A stretch of 49,427 nucleotides of DNA, taken from contig JAUCBJ010006007.1 in assembly GCA_032718475.1 (NCBI GenBank), positions 1 through 49,427 of the forward strand. Reading direction: 5' to 3'. How positions within the stretch are numbered: position 1 is the stretch's first letter; every line of letters begins with the position of its first letter. This document shows, in pieces, positions 22,560 through 36,899 of this stretch. This stretch comes from Nemertoderma westbladi. Its lineage: Eukaryota; Animalia; Xenacoelomorpha. Position numbers and translations under genes: made by a program. Below the pieces are notes generated by a model, which saw nothing but the letters and a program-made list of their open reading frames with translations, made no database searches and was not told the DNA's origin.

Positions 22560-25500
22560 CTGGCTTCAGTTACATGGGCACTGTCAAAGATACGATCTAC
22601 AAGAACTAATGGCTTCAGTTACAAGGGCACTGTCAAAGAAACGATCTACAAGAACTAATGGCTTCAGTAACAAGGGCACTGTCAAAGAAACGATCTACAA
22701 GAACTAATGGCTTCAGTAACAAGGGCACTGTCAAAGATACGATCTACAAGAACTAATGGCTTCAGTTACAAGGGCACTGTCAAAGAAACGATATATAAGA
22801 ACTAATGGCTTCAGTTACAAGGGCACTGTCAAAGATACGATCTACAAGAACTAATGGCTTCAGTTACATGGGCACTGTCAAAGATACGATCTACACGAAC
22901 TAATGGCTTCAGTTACATGGGCACTGTCAAAGAAACGATCTACAAGAACTAATGACTTCAGTTACATGGGCACTGTCAAAGATACGATCTACAAGAACTA
23001 ATGACTTCAGTTACATGGGCACTGTCAAAGAAACGATCTACAAGAACTAATGGCTTCAGTAACAAGGGCACTGTCAAAGAAACGATATATAAGAACTAAT
23101 GGCTTCAGTTACAAGGGCACTGTGAAAGATACGATCTACAAGAACTAATGACTTCAGTTACATGGGCACTGTCAAAGATACGATCTACAAGAACTAATGG
23201 CTTCAGTTACAAGGGCACTGTCAAAGATACGATCTACAAGAACTAATGGTTTCAGTTACAAGGGCACTGTCAAAGAAACGATCTACAAGAACTAATGACT
23301 TCAGTTACAAGGGCACTGTCAAAGAAACGATCTACAAGAACTAATGGCTTCAGTAACAAGGGCACTGTCAAAGAAACGATATATAAGAACTAATGGCTTC
23401 AGTTACAAGGGCACTGTCAAAGATACGATCTACAAGAACTAATGGCTTCAGTTACATGGGCACTGTCAAAGATACGATCTACAAGAACTAATGGCTTCAG
23501 TTACAAGGGCACTGTCAAAGAAACGATCTACAAGAACTAATGACTTCAGTTACATGGGCACTGTCAAAGAAACGATCTACAAGAACTAATGACTTCAGTT
23601 ACATGGGCACTGTCAAAGAAACGATCTACAAGAACTAATGACTTCAGTTACATGGGCACTGTCAAAGATACGATCTACAAGAACTAATGGCTTCAGTTAC
23701 AAGGGCACTGTCAAAGAAACGATCTACAAGAACTAATGGCTTCAGTAACAAGGGCACTGTCAAAGAAACGATATATAAGAACTAATGGCTTCAGTTACAA
23801 GGGCACTGTCAAAGAAACGATCTACAAGAACTAATGACTTCAGTTACATGGGCACTGTCAAAGATACGATCTACAAGAACTAATGGCTTCAGTTACAAGG
23901 GCACTGTCAAAGAAACGATCTACAAGAACTAATGACTTCAGTTACATGGGCACTGTCAAAGAAACGATCTACAAGAACTAATGACTTCAGTTACATGGGC
24001 ACTGTCAAAGAAACGATCTACAAGAACTAATGACTTCAGTTACATGGGCACTGTCAAAGATACGATCTACAAGAACTAATGACTTCAGTTACATGGGCAC
24101 TGTCAAAGATACGATCTACAAGAACTAATGGCTTCAGTTACAAGGGCACTGTCAAAGAAACGATCTACAAGAACTAATGGCTTCAGTAACAAGGGCACTG
24201 TCAAAGATACGATCTACAAGAACTAATGGTTTCAGTTACAAGGGCACTGTCAAAGATACGATCTACAAGAACTAATGACTTCAGTTACATGGGCACTGTC
24301 AAAGAAACGATCTACAAGAACTAATGGCTTCAGTTACAAGGGCACTGTCAAAGATACGATCTACAAGAACTAATGACTTCAGTTACATGGGCACTGTCAA
24401 AGATACGATCTACAAGAACTAATGACTTCAGTTACATGGGCACTGTCAAAGATACGATCTACAAGAACTAATGGCTTCAGTTACAAGGGCACTGTCAAAG
24501 AAACGATCTACAAGAACTAATGGCTTCAGTAACAAGGGCACTGTCAAAGAAACGATATATAAGAACTAATGGCTTCAGTTACAAGGGCACTGTCAAAGAT
24601 ACGATCTACAAGAACTAATGGCTTCAGTTACAAGGGCACTGTCAAAGAAACGATCTACAAGAACTAATGACTTCAGTTACATGGGCACTGTCAAAGAAAC
24701 GATCTACAAGAACTAATGACTTCAGTTACATGGGCACTGTCAAAGAAACGATCTACAAGAACTAATGACTTCAGTTACATGGGCACTGTCAAAGATACGA
24801 TCTACAAGAACCAATGGCTTCAGTTACAAGGGCACTGTCAAAGAAACGATCTACACGAACTAATGGCTTCAGTTACATGGGCACTGTCAAAGATACGATC
24901 TACAAGAACTAATGACTTCAGTTACATGGGCACTGTGAAAGATACGATCTACAAGATCTAATGGCTTCAGTAACAAGGGCACTGTGAAAGATACGATCTA
25001 CAAGAACCAATGGCTTCAGTTACAAGGGCACTGTCAAAGAAACGATCTACAAGAACTAATGACTTCAGTTACATGGACACTGTCAAAGATACGATCTACA
25101 AGAACTAATGACTTCAGTTACATGGGCACTGTCAAAGAAACGATCTACAAGAACTAATGACTTCAGTTACATGGGCACTGTCAAAGATACGATCTACAAG
25201 AACTAATGGCTTCAGTTACATGGGCACTGTCAAAGAAACGATCTACACGAACTAATGGCTTTAGTTACAAGGGCACTGTCAAAAATACGATCTACAAGAA
25301 CTAATGGTTTCAGTAACAAGGGCACTGTCAAAGATACGATCTACAAAAACTAATGGTTTCAGTAACAAGGGCACTGTCAAAGATACGATCTACAAGAACT
25401 AATGGCTTTAGTTACAAGGGCACTGTCAAAGAAACGATATATAAGAACTAATGGCTTCAGTTACATGGGCACTGCCAAAGAAACGATCTACAAGAACTAA

Positions 25501-28500
25501 TGACTTCAGTTACATGGGCACTGTCAAAGAAACGATCTACAAGAACTAATGGCTTCAGTTACATGGGCACTGTCAAAGATACGATCTACAAGAACTAATG
25601 GCTTCAGTTACAAGGGCACTGTCAAAGATACGATCTACAAGAACTAATGACTTCAGTTACATGGGCACTGTCAAAGATACGATCTACAAGAACTAATGGC
25701 TTCAGTTACAAGGGCACTGTCAAAGATACGATCTACAAGAACTAATGACTTCAGTTACAAGGGCACTGTCAAAGATACGATCTACAAGAACTAATGGCTT
25801 CAGTTACAAGGGCACTGTGAAAGATACGATCTACAAGAACTAATGACTTCAGTTACATGGGCACTGTCAAAGATACGATCTACAAGAACTAATGGCTTCA
25901 GTTACAAGGGCACTGTCAAAGATACGATCTACAAGAACTAATGGTTTCAGTTACAAGGGCACTGTCAAAGAAACGATCTACAAGAACTAATGACTTCAGT
26001 TACAAGGGCACTGTCAAAGAAACGATCTACAAGAACTAATGGCTTCAGTAACAAGGGCACTGTCAAAGAAACGATATATAAGAACTAATGGCTTCAGTTA
26101 CAAGGGCACTGTCAAAGATACGATCTACAAGAACTAATGGCTTCAGTTACATGGGCACTGTCAAAGATACGATCTACAAGAACTAATGGCTTCAGTTACA
26201 AGGGCACTGTCAAAGAAACGATCTACAAGAACTAATGACTTCAGTTACATGGGCACTGTCAAAGAAACGATCTACAAGAACTAATGACTTCAGTTACATG
26301 GGCACTGTCAAAGAAACGATCTACAAGAACTAATGACTTCAGTTACATGGGCACTGTCAAAGATACGATCTACAAGAACTAATGGCTTCAGTTACAAGGG
26401 CACTGTCAAAGAAACGATCTACAAGAACTAATGGCTTCAGTAACAAGGGCACTGTCAAAGAAACGATATATAAGAACTAATGGCTTCAGTTACAAGGGCA
26501 CTGTCAAAGAAACGATCTACAAGAACTAATGACTTCAGTTACATGGGCACTGTCAAAGATACGATCTACAAGAACTAATGGCTTCAGTTACAAGGGCACT
26601 GTCAAAGAAACGATCTACAAGAACTAATGACTTCAGTTACATGGGCACTGTCAAAGAAACGATCTACAAGAACTAATGACTTCAGTTACATGGGCACTGT
26701 CAAAGAAACGATCTACAAGAACTAATGACTTCAGTTACATGGGCACTGTCAAAGATACGATCTACAAGAACTAATGACTTCAGTTACATGGGCACTGTCA
26801 AAGATACGATCTACAAGAACTAATGGCTTCAGTTACAAGGGCACTGTCAAAGAAACGATCTACAAGAACTAATGGCTTCAGTAACAAGGGCACTGTCAAA
26901 GAAACGATATATAAGAACTAATGGCTTCAGTTACAAGGGCACTGTCAAAGATACGATCTACAAGAACTAATGGCTTCAGTTACAAGGGCACTGTCAAAGA
27001 AACGATCTACAAGAACTAATGACTTCAGTTACATGGGCACTGTCAAAGAAACGATCTACAAGAACTAATGACTTCAGTTACATGGGCACTGTCAAAGAAA
27101 CGATCTACAAGAACTAATGACTTCAGTTACATGGGCACTGTCAAAGATACGATCTACAAGAACCAATGGCTTCAGTTACAAGGGCACTGTCAAAGAAACG
27201 ATCTACACGAACTAATGGCTTGAGTTACATGGGCACTGTCAAAGATACGATCTACAAGAACTAATGACTTCAGTTACATGGGCACTGTGAAAGATACGAT
27301 CTACAAGATCTAATGGCTTCAGTAACAAGGGCACTGTGAAAGATACGATCTACAAGAACCAATGGCTTCAGTTACAAGGGCACTGTCAAAGAAACGATCT
27401 ACAAGAACTAATGACTTCAGTTACATGGACACTGTCAAAGATACGATCTACAAGAACTAATGACTTCAGTTACATGGGCACTGTCAAAGAAACGATCTAC
27501 AAGAACTAATGACTTCAGTTACATGGGCACTGTCAAAGATACGATCTACAAGAACTAATGGCTTCAGTTACATGGGCACTGTCAAAGAAACGATCTACAC
27601 GAACTAATGGCTTTAGTTACAAGGGCACTGTCAAAAATACGATCTACAAGAACTAATGGTTTCAGTAACAAGGGCACTGTCAAAGATACGATCTACAAAA
27701 ACTAATGGTTTCAGTAACAAGGGCACTGTCAAAGATACGATCTACAAGAACTAATGGCTTTAGTTACAAGGGCACTGTCAAAGAAACGATATATAAGAAC
27801 TAATGGCTTCAGTTACATGGGCACTGTCAAAGAAACGATCTACAAGAACTAATGACTTCAGTTACATGGGCACTGTCAAAGAAACGATCTACAAGAACTA
27901 ATGGCTTCAGTTACATGGGCACTGTCAAAGATACGATCTACAAGAACTAATGGCTTCAGTTACAAGGGCACTGTCAAAGATACGATCTACAAGAACTAAT
28001 GACTTCAGTTACATGGGCACTGTCAAAGATACGATCTACAAGAACTAATGGCTTCAGTTACAAGGGCACTGTCAAAGATACGATCTACAAGAACTAATGA
28101 CTTCAGTTACAAGGGCACTGTCAAAGATACGATCTACAAGAACTAATGGCTTCAGTTACAAGGGCACTGTCAAAGATACGATCTACAAGAACTAATGGCT
28201 TCAGTTACAGGGGCACTGTCAAAGAAACGATCTACAAGAACTAATGGCTTCAGTTACAAGGGCACTGTCAAAGATACGATCTACAAGAACTAATGACTTC
28301 AGTTACAAGGGCACTGTCAAAGATACGATCTACAAGAACTAATGGCTTCAGTTACAGGGGCACTGTCAAAGATACGATCTACAAGAACTAATGGCTTCAG
28401 TTACAGGGGCACTGTCAAAGATACGATCTACAAGAACTAATGACTTCAGTTACATGGGCACTGTGAAAGATACGATCTACAAGAACCAATGGCTTCAGTT

Positions 28501-28767
28501 ACAAGGGCACTGTCAAAGAAACGATCTACAAGAACTAATGGCTTCAGTAACAAGGGCACTGTCAAAGATACGATCTACAAGAACTAATGACTTCAGTTAC
28601 ATGGGCACTGTGAAAGATACGATCTACAAGAACCAATGGCTTCAGTTACAAGGGCACTGTCAAAGAAACGATCTACAAGAACTAATGGCTTCAGTAACAA
28701 GGGCACTGTCAAAGATACGATCTACAAGAACTAATGACTTCAGTTACATGGGCACTGTGAAAGATAC
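22560..28767 (+). repeat. 49-bp satellite, left block (~127 units)
   Basis: Unit TGGCTTCAGTTACAAGGGCACTGTCAAAGATACGATCTACAAGAACTAA with recurrent point variants and no spacers. Degenerate edge unit at ~22530-22570. Confidence 0.98.
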
Positions 28768-31132
28768 CACCCAGTTCAAGAAGCGAACTGGAAAGCTATG
28801 GACTCATAGTGGACCCAGTGGTCACAAGTCCCAGATAGACCATATTCTGTTTCGTAGGAAATACAGGAGCTCTATACAAGACTGTAATGCATTTACACTT
28901 CGACCCTTCTCCAGTGATCACCGCCTTATTGTGGCCAAGGTAAGACTTAGTCTGCGTGCTAGCAGAACAACGAAATCTGCCTTGCCGCGGCATGACTGGT
29001 CCTCTCTGTTGCAACAGCCAAGTGTGAGATCCAGCTTCACACTACAGCTGAGCAACAGGTATGAGGCTCTTGCCTCTGAGGCGGCAGATCACTGTGAGGG
29101 CTATACTGCCTTTACAGAAGCAGTTAAGTTAGCAGCTGCAGAAACAGTTCCTGTATACCCTCGAAACAGGAAAAGGGCCCCCTGGACTGACAACAAAATT
29201 CAAAAGTGCCGAAATGACCTTCATAAGGCGCAGAAAGAGTCCCGACTCAAACAGACTACAGCGGCCAAGAATGCAGTTAAGGCTGCATCTAGGTCCCTGA
29301 ACAGGCAGTACTCTGTTAATCTACAGGAGCTAATAAACCAACAGGTTGATGCCATCAATGATGCTGACGACAGCAGGCAATCATCCCAGGCATGGAAATC
29401 GATCAATCTGCTTACTGGGCGGAAAAGCCAACCAACCACCAAGGTTAAGGCAGAATCACCAGCCGATCGCCTCAATGGTTGGAAAGCCCACTTTGAAAAA
29501 CTCCTCAATAATGACAGGGTATTGCCTGATAACTTTATAGAAGTAAAGGTGTCTGAGTCTGTACTCCCAGATATTCCCATTGGCGATATCTCCTTTGCAG
29601 AAGTGAAGGCTGCTGCAAAGAGCATTAAGACCAATCGTGCCAGTGGAGTAGATGGTGTTCCCCCTGAGGTCTTTAAAATACCTGAGTGTTTAAAGCTCAT
29701 CTATCCCATCATAGTAGACATGTACCGTACAACAAGAGTCCCACAAGAAATGAAAACAAATAAGTTGGTGCCAGTTCCCAAGAAGGGCAACCTAACACTC
29801 TATGGTTCTTTTCGGGGAATCTCATTGATCTCAATTGCTGCAAAGCTATACAATAGGATTCTATTAAATCGCATCAGGGATCCCATTGAGAGACTGCTCC
29901 GTGGAAATCAGAATGGGTTCCGTAAAGGTCGTGGGACCATGGAGCCCATTTTGGCACTTAGAAGGATAATTGAAGAATTATCAAAAAAGAAAGACAGGCA
30001 TCTGGCTGTTATCTTTGTTGACTTCTTCAAGGCCTTTGATTCAGTCTCTCGCTCACGTATGTTCAGCATACTTTCATTATATGGGATTCCTGATGAAATT
30101 ATTGCAGCAATCAGATCAGTATACGATGGTTCGACAACATTTGTGTCTACTGTTGACGGTGACACAGAACCATTCGAAGTGTTATGGGGCGTCCTCCAAG
30201 GAGACACACTTGCACCATTCTTATTCATTATTGTGGTTGACTATGTTCTACGCATGTCCTTAGATCATCATAATGATGATGGGGTGATGATAACTCCACC
30301 TACTGGCTCCAGAAGTCGAGGAAATCCTGCCAAGTACCTAACTGATCTAGACTTTGCTGATGACTTAGGAGTACTCTCAGAATCATTAGAGGGAGCCCAA
30401 CGGCTCCTCAGCTCATTAGAACATGCTGCTTCTAGTGTTGGTCTTTTTATTAACTCCAGAAAGACCAAAATTCTGACAGTTAACTTTGAAAGTCCTCAGC
30501 AAGTCTCTGATCGGATGAGCATAAGCTCAAAGGATGGTATGCTTGAGCATGTCGACGACTTCTGTTACCTGGGATCATGGATCCGGAAGTCAGGTGAGGA
30601 CCTTCGAATACGTAAGGGAAAGGCATGGGCAGCCTTGAATAGGCTTTCCAGGATTTGGAAGTCACCGAGAATTAATCGGAAACTTAAGGTCCGATTATTT
30701 AGAGCAGCAGTAGTTCCAGTACTCCTCTACGGGAGTCCATGCTGGGCTCTAACTGCTGAGGACACCAAATCTCTGGATGGCACATTCACAAGAATGCTAC
30801 GCCGGGTTCATTGTGTCAAGTACAATGCACACATCTCCAACCAGACACTATATAACATTGGAGGTGTCTCATTGGTTCCCCCAAGCTTGACACTAGAACA
30901 AAATCGCCTCCGCTTTGCAGGACATTGCTTTCGCCGTGAGGACCAGCCAGTGCATAATCTTGTACTTTGGCAGCCTCATGGAGTGAATAAGCATGGTGGA
31001 CAGCCCATGACTTTCTTGAGACGCATCTTAAAGGACACTGGTCTTAAAGATGCGGATGATCTAGCAAATGTCATGGGTGATAGGGAGTTGTGGCGGTGCA
31101 ATTTTGTTGACAAGCCGGCACAGCATTCTTAA
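28768..31132 (+). CDS. RTE-clade reverse transcriptase (N-terminally truncated endonuclease, intact RT domain)
   Basis: Non-LTR RT motifs PKKGNL..FRGISL, QNGFRKGR, FVDFFKAFDSV, GVLQGDTLAPFLF, DLDFADDL and FCYLGS. No stop codons over ~788 codons. Confidence 0.93.
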
Positions 31133-31167
31133 AAATGCAGCTGCAATGCAGCATGCCGATCCTAGTA
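28768..31167 (+). mobile_element. Young 5'-truncated RTE LINE (family B) inserted into the satellite
   Basis: 11-bp TSD GTGAAAGATAC at 28757-28767 and 31168-31178. Short TAGTA tail. The 5' end starts inside the APE domain (aligns to ~7468). Confidence 0.95.
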
Positions 31168-34100
31168 GTGAAAGATACGATCTACAAGAACCAATGGCTT
31201 CAGTTACAAGGGCACTGTCAAAGAAACGATCTACAAGAACTAATGGCTTCAGTTACAAGGGCACTGTCAAAGATACGATCTACAAGAACTAATGGCTTCA
31301 GTAACAAGGGCACTGTCAAAGATACGATCTACAAGAACTAATGGCTTCAGTTACAAGGGCACTGTGAAAGATACGATCTACAAGAACCAATGGCTTCAGT
31401 TACAAGGGCACTGTCAAAGAAACGATCTACAAGCACTAATGACTTCAGTTACAAGGGCACTGTCAAAGAAACGATCTACAAGAACCAATGGCTTCAGTTA
31501 CAAGGGCACTGTCAAAGAAACGATCTACAAGAACTAATGGCTTCAGTTACAAGGGCACTGTCAAAGATACGATCTACAAGAACTAATGGCTTCAGTAACA
31601 AGGGCACTGTCAAAGATACGATCTACAAGAACTAATGGCTTCAGTTACAAGGGCACTGTGAAAGATACGATCTACAAGAACCAATGGCTTCAGTTACAAG
31701 GGCACTGTCAAAGAAACGATCTACAAGCACTAATGACTTCAGTTACAAGGGCACTGTCAAAGAAACGATCTACAAGAACTAATGGCTTCAGTAACAAGGG
31801 CACTGTCAAAGATACGATCTACAAGAACTAATGGCTTCAGTTACAAGGGCACTGTGAAAGATACGATCTACAAGAACCAATGGCTTCAGTTACAAGGGCA
31901 CTGTCAAAGAAACGATCTACAAGCACTAATGACTTCAGTTACAAGGGCACTGTCAAAGATACGATCTACAAGAACTAATGGCTTCAGTAACAAGGGCACT
32001 GTCAAAGATACGATCTACAAGAACTAATGGTTTCAGTAACAAGGGCACTGTCAAAGATACGATCTACAAGAACTAATGGCTTCAGTTACAAGGGCACTGT
32101 CAAAGATACGATCTACAAGAACTAATGGTTTCAGTAACAAGGGCACTGTCAAAGATACGATCTACAAGAACTAATGGCTTCAGTTACAAGGGCACTGTCA
32201 AAGAAACGATCTACAAGAACTAATGGCTTCAGTTACAAGGGCACTGTCAAAGATACGATCTACAAGAACTAATGGCTTCAGTTACAAGGGTACTGTCAAA
32301 AATACGATCTACAAGAACTAATGACTTCAGTTACATGGGCACTGTGAAAGATACGATCTACAAGAACCAATGGCTTCAGTTACAAGGGCACTGTCAAAGA
32401 AACGATCTACAAGAACTAATGGCTTCAGTAACAAGGGCACTGTCAAAGAAACGATCTACAAGACCTAATGGCTTCAGTTACAAGGGTACTGTCAAAAATA
32501 CGATCTACAAGAACTAATGACTTCAGTTACATGGGCACTGTGAAAGATACGATCTACAAGAACCAATGGCTTCAGTTACAAGGGCACTGTCAAAGAAACG
32601 ATCTACAAGCACTAATGACTTCAGTTACAAGGGCACTGTCAAAGAAACGATCTACAAGAACCAATGGCTTCAGTTACAAGGGCACTGTCAAAGAAACGAT
32701 CTACAAGAACTAATGGCTTCAGTTACAAGGGCACTGTCAAAGATACGATCTACAAGAACTAATGGCTTCAGTAACAAGGGCACTGTCAAAGATACGATCT
32801 ACAAGAACTAATGGCTTCAGTTACAAGGGCACTGTCAAAGATACGATCTACAAGAACTAATGGCTTCAGTTACAAGGGCACTGTCAAAGAAACGATCTAC
32901 AAGCACTAATGGCTTCAGTAACAAGGGCACTGTCAAAGATACGATCTACAAGAACTAATGGCTTCAGTTACAAGGGCACTGTCAAAGAAACGATCTACAA
33001 GCACTAATGACTTCAGTTACAAGGGTACTGTCAAAAATACGATCTACAAGAACTAATGACTTCAGTTACATGGGCACTGTGAAAGATACGATCTACAAGA
33101 ACCAATGGCTTCAGTTACAAGGGCACTGTCAAAGAAACGATCTACAAGCACTAATGACTTCAGTTACAAGGGCACTGTCAAAGAAACGATCTACAAGAAC
33201 CAATGGCTTCAGTTACAAGGGCACTGTCAAAGAAACGATCTACAAGAACTAATGGCTTCAGTTACAAGGGCACTGTCAAAGATACGATCTACAAGAACTA
33301 ATGGCTTCAGTAACAAGGGCACTGTCAAAGATACGATCTACAAGAACTAATGGCTTCAGTTACAAGGGCACTGTCAAAGATACGATCTACAAGAACTAAT
33401 GGCTTCAGTTACAAGGGCACTGTCAAAGATACGATCTACAAGACCTAATGGCTTCAGTTACAAGGGTACTGTCAAAAATACGATCTACAAGAACTAATGA
33501 CTTCAGTTACATGGGCACTGTGAAAGATACGATCTACAAGAACCAATGGCTTCAGTTACAAAGGCACTGTCAAAGAAACGATCTACAAGCACTAATGACT
33601 TCAGTTACAAGGGCACTGTCAAAGAAACGATCTACAAGAACCAATGGCTTCAGTTACAAGGGCACTGTCAAAGAAACGATCTACAAGAACTAATGGCTAC
33701 AGTTACAAGGGCACTGTCAAAGATACGATCTACAAGAACTAATGGCTTCAGTAACAAGGGCACTGTCAAAGATACGATCTACAAGAACTAATGGCTTCAG
33801 TTACAAGGGCACTGTCAAAGATACGATCTACAAGAACTAATGGCTTCAGTTACAAGGGCACTGTCAAAGATACGATCTACAAGAACTAATGGCTTCAGTA
33901 ACAAGGGCACTGTCAAAGATACGATCTACAAGAACTAATGGCTTCAGTTACAAGGGCACTGTCAAAGAAACGATCTACAAGCACTAATGACTTCAGTTAC
34001 AAGGGCACTGTCAAAGAAACGATCTACAAGAACTAATGGCTTCAGTAACAAGGGCACTGTCAAAGATACGATCTACAAGAACTAATGGCTTCAGTTACAA

Positions 34101-36830
34101 GGGCACTGTGAAAGATACGATCTACAAGAACCAATGGCTTCAGTTACAAGGGCACTGTCAAAGAAACGATCTACAAGCACTAATGACTTCAGTTACAAGG
34201 GCACTGTCAAAGATACGATCTACAAGAACTAATGGCTTCAGTAACAAGGGCACTGTCAAAGATACGATCTACAAGAACTAATGGTTTCAGTAACAAGGGC
34301 ACTGTCAAAGATACGATCTACAAGAACTAATGGCTTCAGTTACAAGGGCACTGTCAAAGATACGATCTACAAGAACTAATGGTTTCAGTAACAAGGGCAC
34401 TGTCAAAGATACGATCTACAAGAACTAATGGCTTCAGTTACAAGGGCACTGTCAAAGAAACGATCTACAAGAACTAATGGCTTCAGTTACAAGGGCACTG
34501 TCAAAGATACGATCTACAAGAACTAATGGCTTCAGTTACAAGGGTACTGTCAAAAATACGATCTACAAGAACTAATGACTTCAGTTACATGGGCACTGTG
34601 AAAGATACGATCTACAAGAACCAATGGCTTCAGTTACAAGGGCACTGTCAAAGAAACGATCTACAAGAACTAATGGCTTCAGTAACAAGGGCACTGTCAA
34701 AGAAACGATCTACAAGACCTAATGGCTTCAGTTACAAGGGTACTGTCAAAAATACGATCTACAAGAACTAATGACTTCAGTTACATGGGCACTGTGAAAG
34801 ATACGATCTACAAGAACCAATGGCTTCAGTTACAAGGGCACTGTCAAAGAAACGATCTACAAGCACTAATGACTTCAGTTACAAGGGCACTGTCAAAGAA
34901 ACGATCTACAAGAACCAATGGCTTCAGTTACAAGGGCACTGTCAAAGAAACGATCTACAAGAACTAATGGCTTCAGTTACAAGGGCACTGTCAAAGATAC
35001 GATCTACAAGAACTAATGGCTTCAGTAACAAGGGCACTGTCAAAGATACGATCTACAAGAACTAATGGCTTCAGTTACAAGGGCACTGTGAAAGATACGA
35101 TCTACAAGAACCAATGGCTTCAGTTACAAGGGCACTGTCAAAGAAACGATCTACAAGCACTAATGACTTCAGTTACAAGGGCACTGTCAAAGAAACGATC
35201 TACAAGAACTAATGGCTTCAGTAACAAGGGCACTGTCAAAGATACGATCTACAAGAACTAATGGCTTCAGTTACATGGGCACTGTCAAAGATACGATCTA
35301 CAAGAACTAATGGTTTCAGTAACAAGGGCACTGTCAAAGATACGATCTACAAGAACTAATGGCTTCAGTTACAAGGGCACTGTCAAAGAAACGATCTACA
35401 AGAACTAATGGCTTCAGTTACAAGGGCACTGTCAAAGATACGATCTACAAGAACTAATGGCTTCAGTTACAAGGGTACTGTCAAAAATACGATCTACAAG
35501 AACTAATGACTTCAGTTACATGGGCACTGTGAAAGATACGATCTACAAGAACCAATGGCTTCAGTTACAAGGGCACTGTCAAAGAAACGATCTACAAGAA
35601 CTAATGGCTTCAGTAACAAGGGCACTGTCAAAGAAACGATCTACAAGACCTAATGGCTTCAAGTAAAAGGGCACTGTCAAAGATACGATCTACAAGAACT
35701 AATGGCTTCAGTAACAAGGGCACTGTCAAAGATACGATCTACAAGAACTAATGGTTTCAGTAACAAGGGCACTGTCAAAGATACGATCTACAAGAACTAA
35801 TGGCTTCAGTTACATGGGCACTGTCAAAGAAACGATCTACAAGAACTAATGGCTTCAGTTACAAGGGCACTGTCAAAGAAACGATCTACAAGAACTAATG
35901 GCTTCAGTTACAAGGGTACTGTCAAAGATACGATCTACAAGAACTAATGACTTCAGTTACAAGGGCACTGTCAAAGATACGATCTACAAGAACTAATGAC
36001 TTCAGTTACATGGGCACTGTGAAAGATACGATCTACAAGAACCAATGGCTTCAGTTACAAGGGCACTGTGAAAGATACGATCTACAAGAACTAATGGCTT
36101 CAGTTACAAGGGCACTGTCAAAGAAACGATCTACAAGAACTAATGGCTTCAGTAACAAGGGCACTGTCAAAGAAACGATATACAAGGCTTCAGTTACAAG
36201 GGCACTGTCAAAGATACGATCTACAAGAACTAATGGCTTCAGTTACATGGGCACTGTGAAAGATACGATCTACAAGAACTAATGGCTTCAGTTACAAGGG
36301 TACTGTCAAAGATACGATCTACAAGAACTAATGACTTCAGTTACAAGGGCACTGTCAAAGAAACGATCTACAAGAACTAATGGCTTCAGTTACATGGGCA
36401 CTGTCAAAGAAACGATCTACACGAACTAATGGCTTCAGTTACATGGGCACTGTGAAAGATACGATCTACAAGAACTAATGGCTTCAGTTACAAGGGCACT
36501 GTCAAAGAAACGATCTACAAGAACTAATGGCTTCAGTTACATGGGCACTGTCAAAGAAACGATCTACACGAACTAATGGCTTCAGTTACATGGGCACTGT
36601 GAAAGATACGATCTACAAGAACCAATGGCTTCAGTTACAAGGGCACTGTCAAAGATACGATCTACAAGAACTAATGGCTTCAGTTACATGGGCACTGTCA
36701 AAGAAACGATCTACACGAACTAATGGCTTCAGTTACATGGGCACTGTGAAAGATACGATCTACAAGAACCAATGGCTTCAGTTACAAGGGCACTGTCAAA
36801 GATACGATCTACAAGAACTAAGGGCTTCAG
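31168..36830 (+). repeat. 49-bp satellite, right block (~115 units)
   Basis: Same unit as the left block with a different variant spectrum; ends ...AAGAACTAAGGGCTTCAG. Confidence 0.98.
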
Positions 36831-36899
36831 GTAAGGGAACCACCAAATTATTTCCTCAACTCAATATACCATGTATGTACCACTGTAGTAACTACATAA

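Noticed and set aside
28796-30665. Antisense and alternate-frame ORFs over the RT
   Set aside because: They are shadow ORFs of the RT coding sequence.
22560-36830. CRISPR array or RT-associated defence (DRT/retron/DGR-like) system
   Set aside because: The units are head-to-tail with no unique spacers. The RT is a eukaryotic RTE LINE with a TSD, a tail and sibling copies in the window. No cas or accessory genes.
22492-36836. Satellite as an expanded plus-strand exon (TATAG|AAAAACTC... at the start, CAG|GTAAGG at the end)
   Set aside because: It is antisense to the host gene, has no partner exons, the peptide is unrecognisable, and the left flank looks like a degenerate monomer. Only RNA-seq could revive it.
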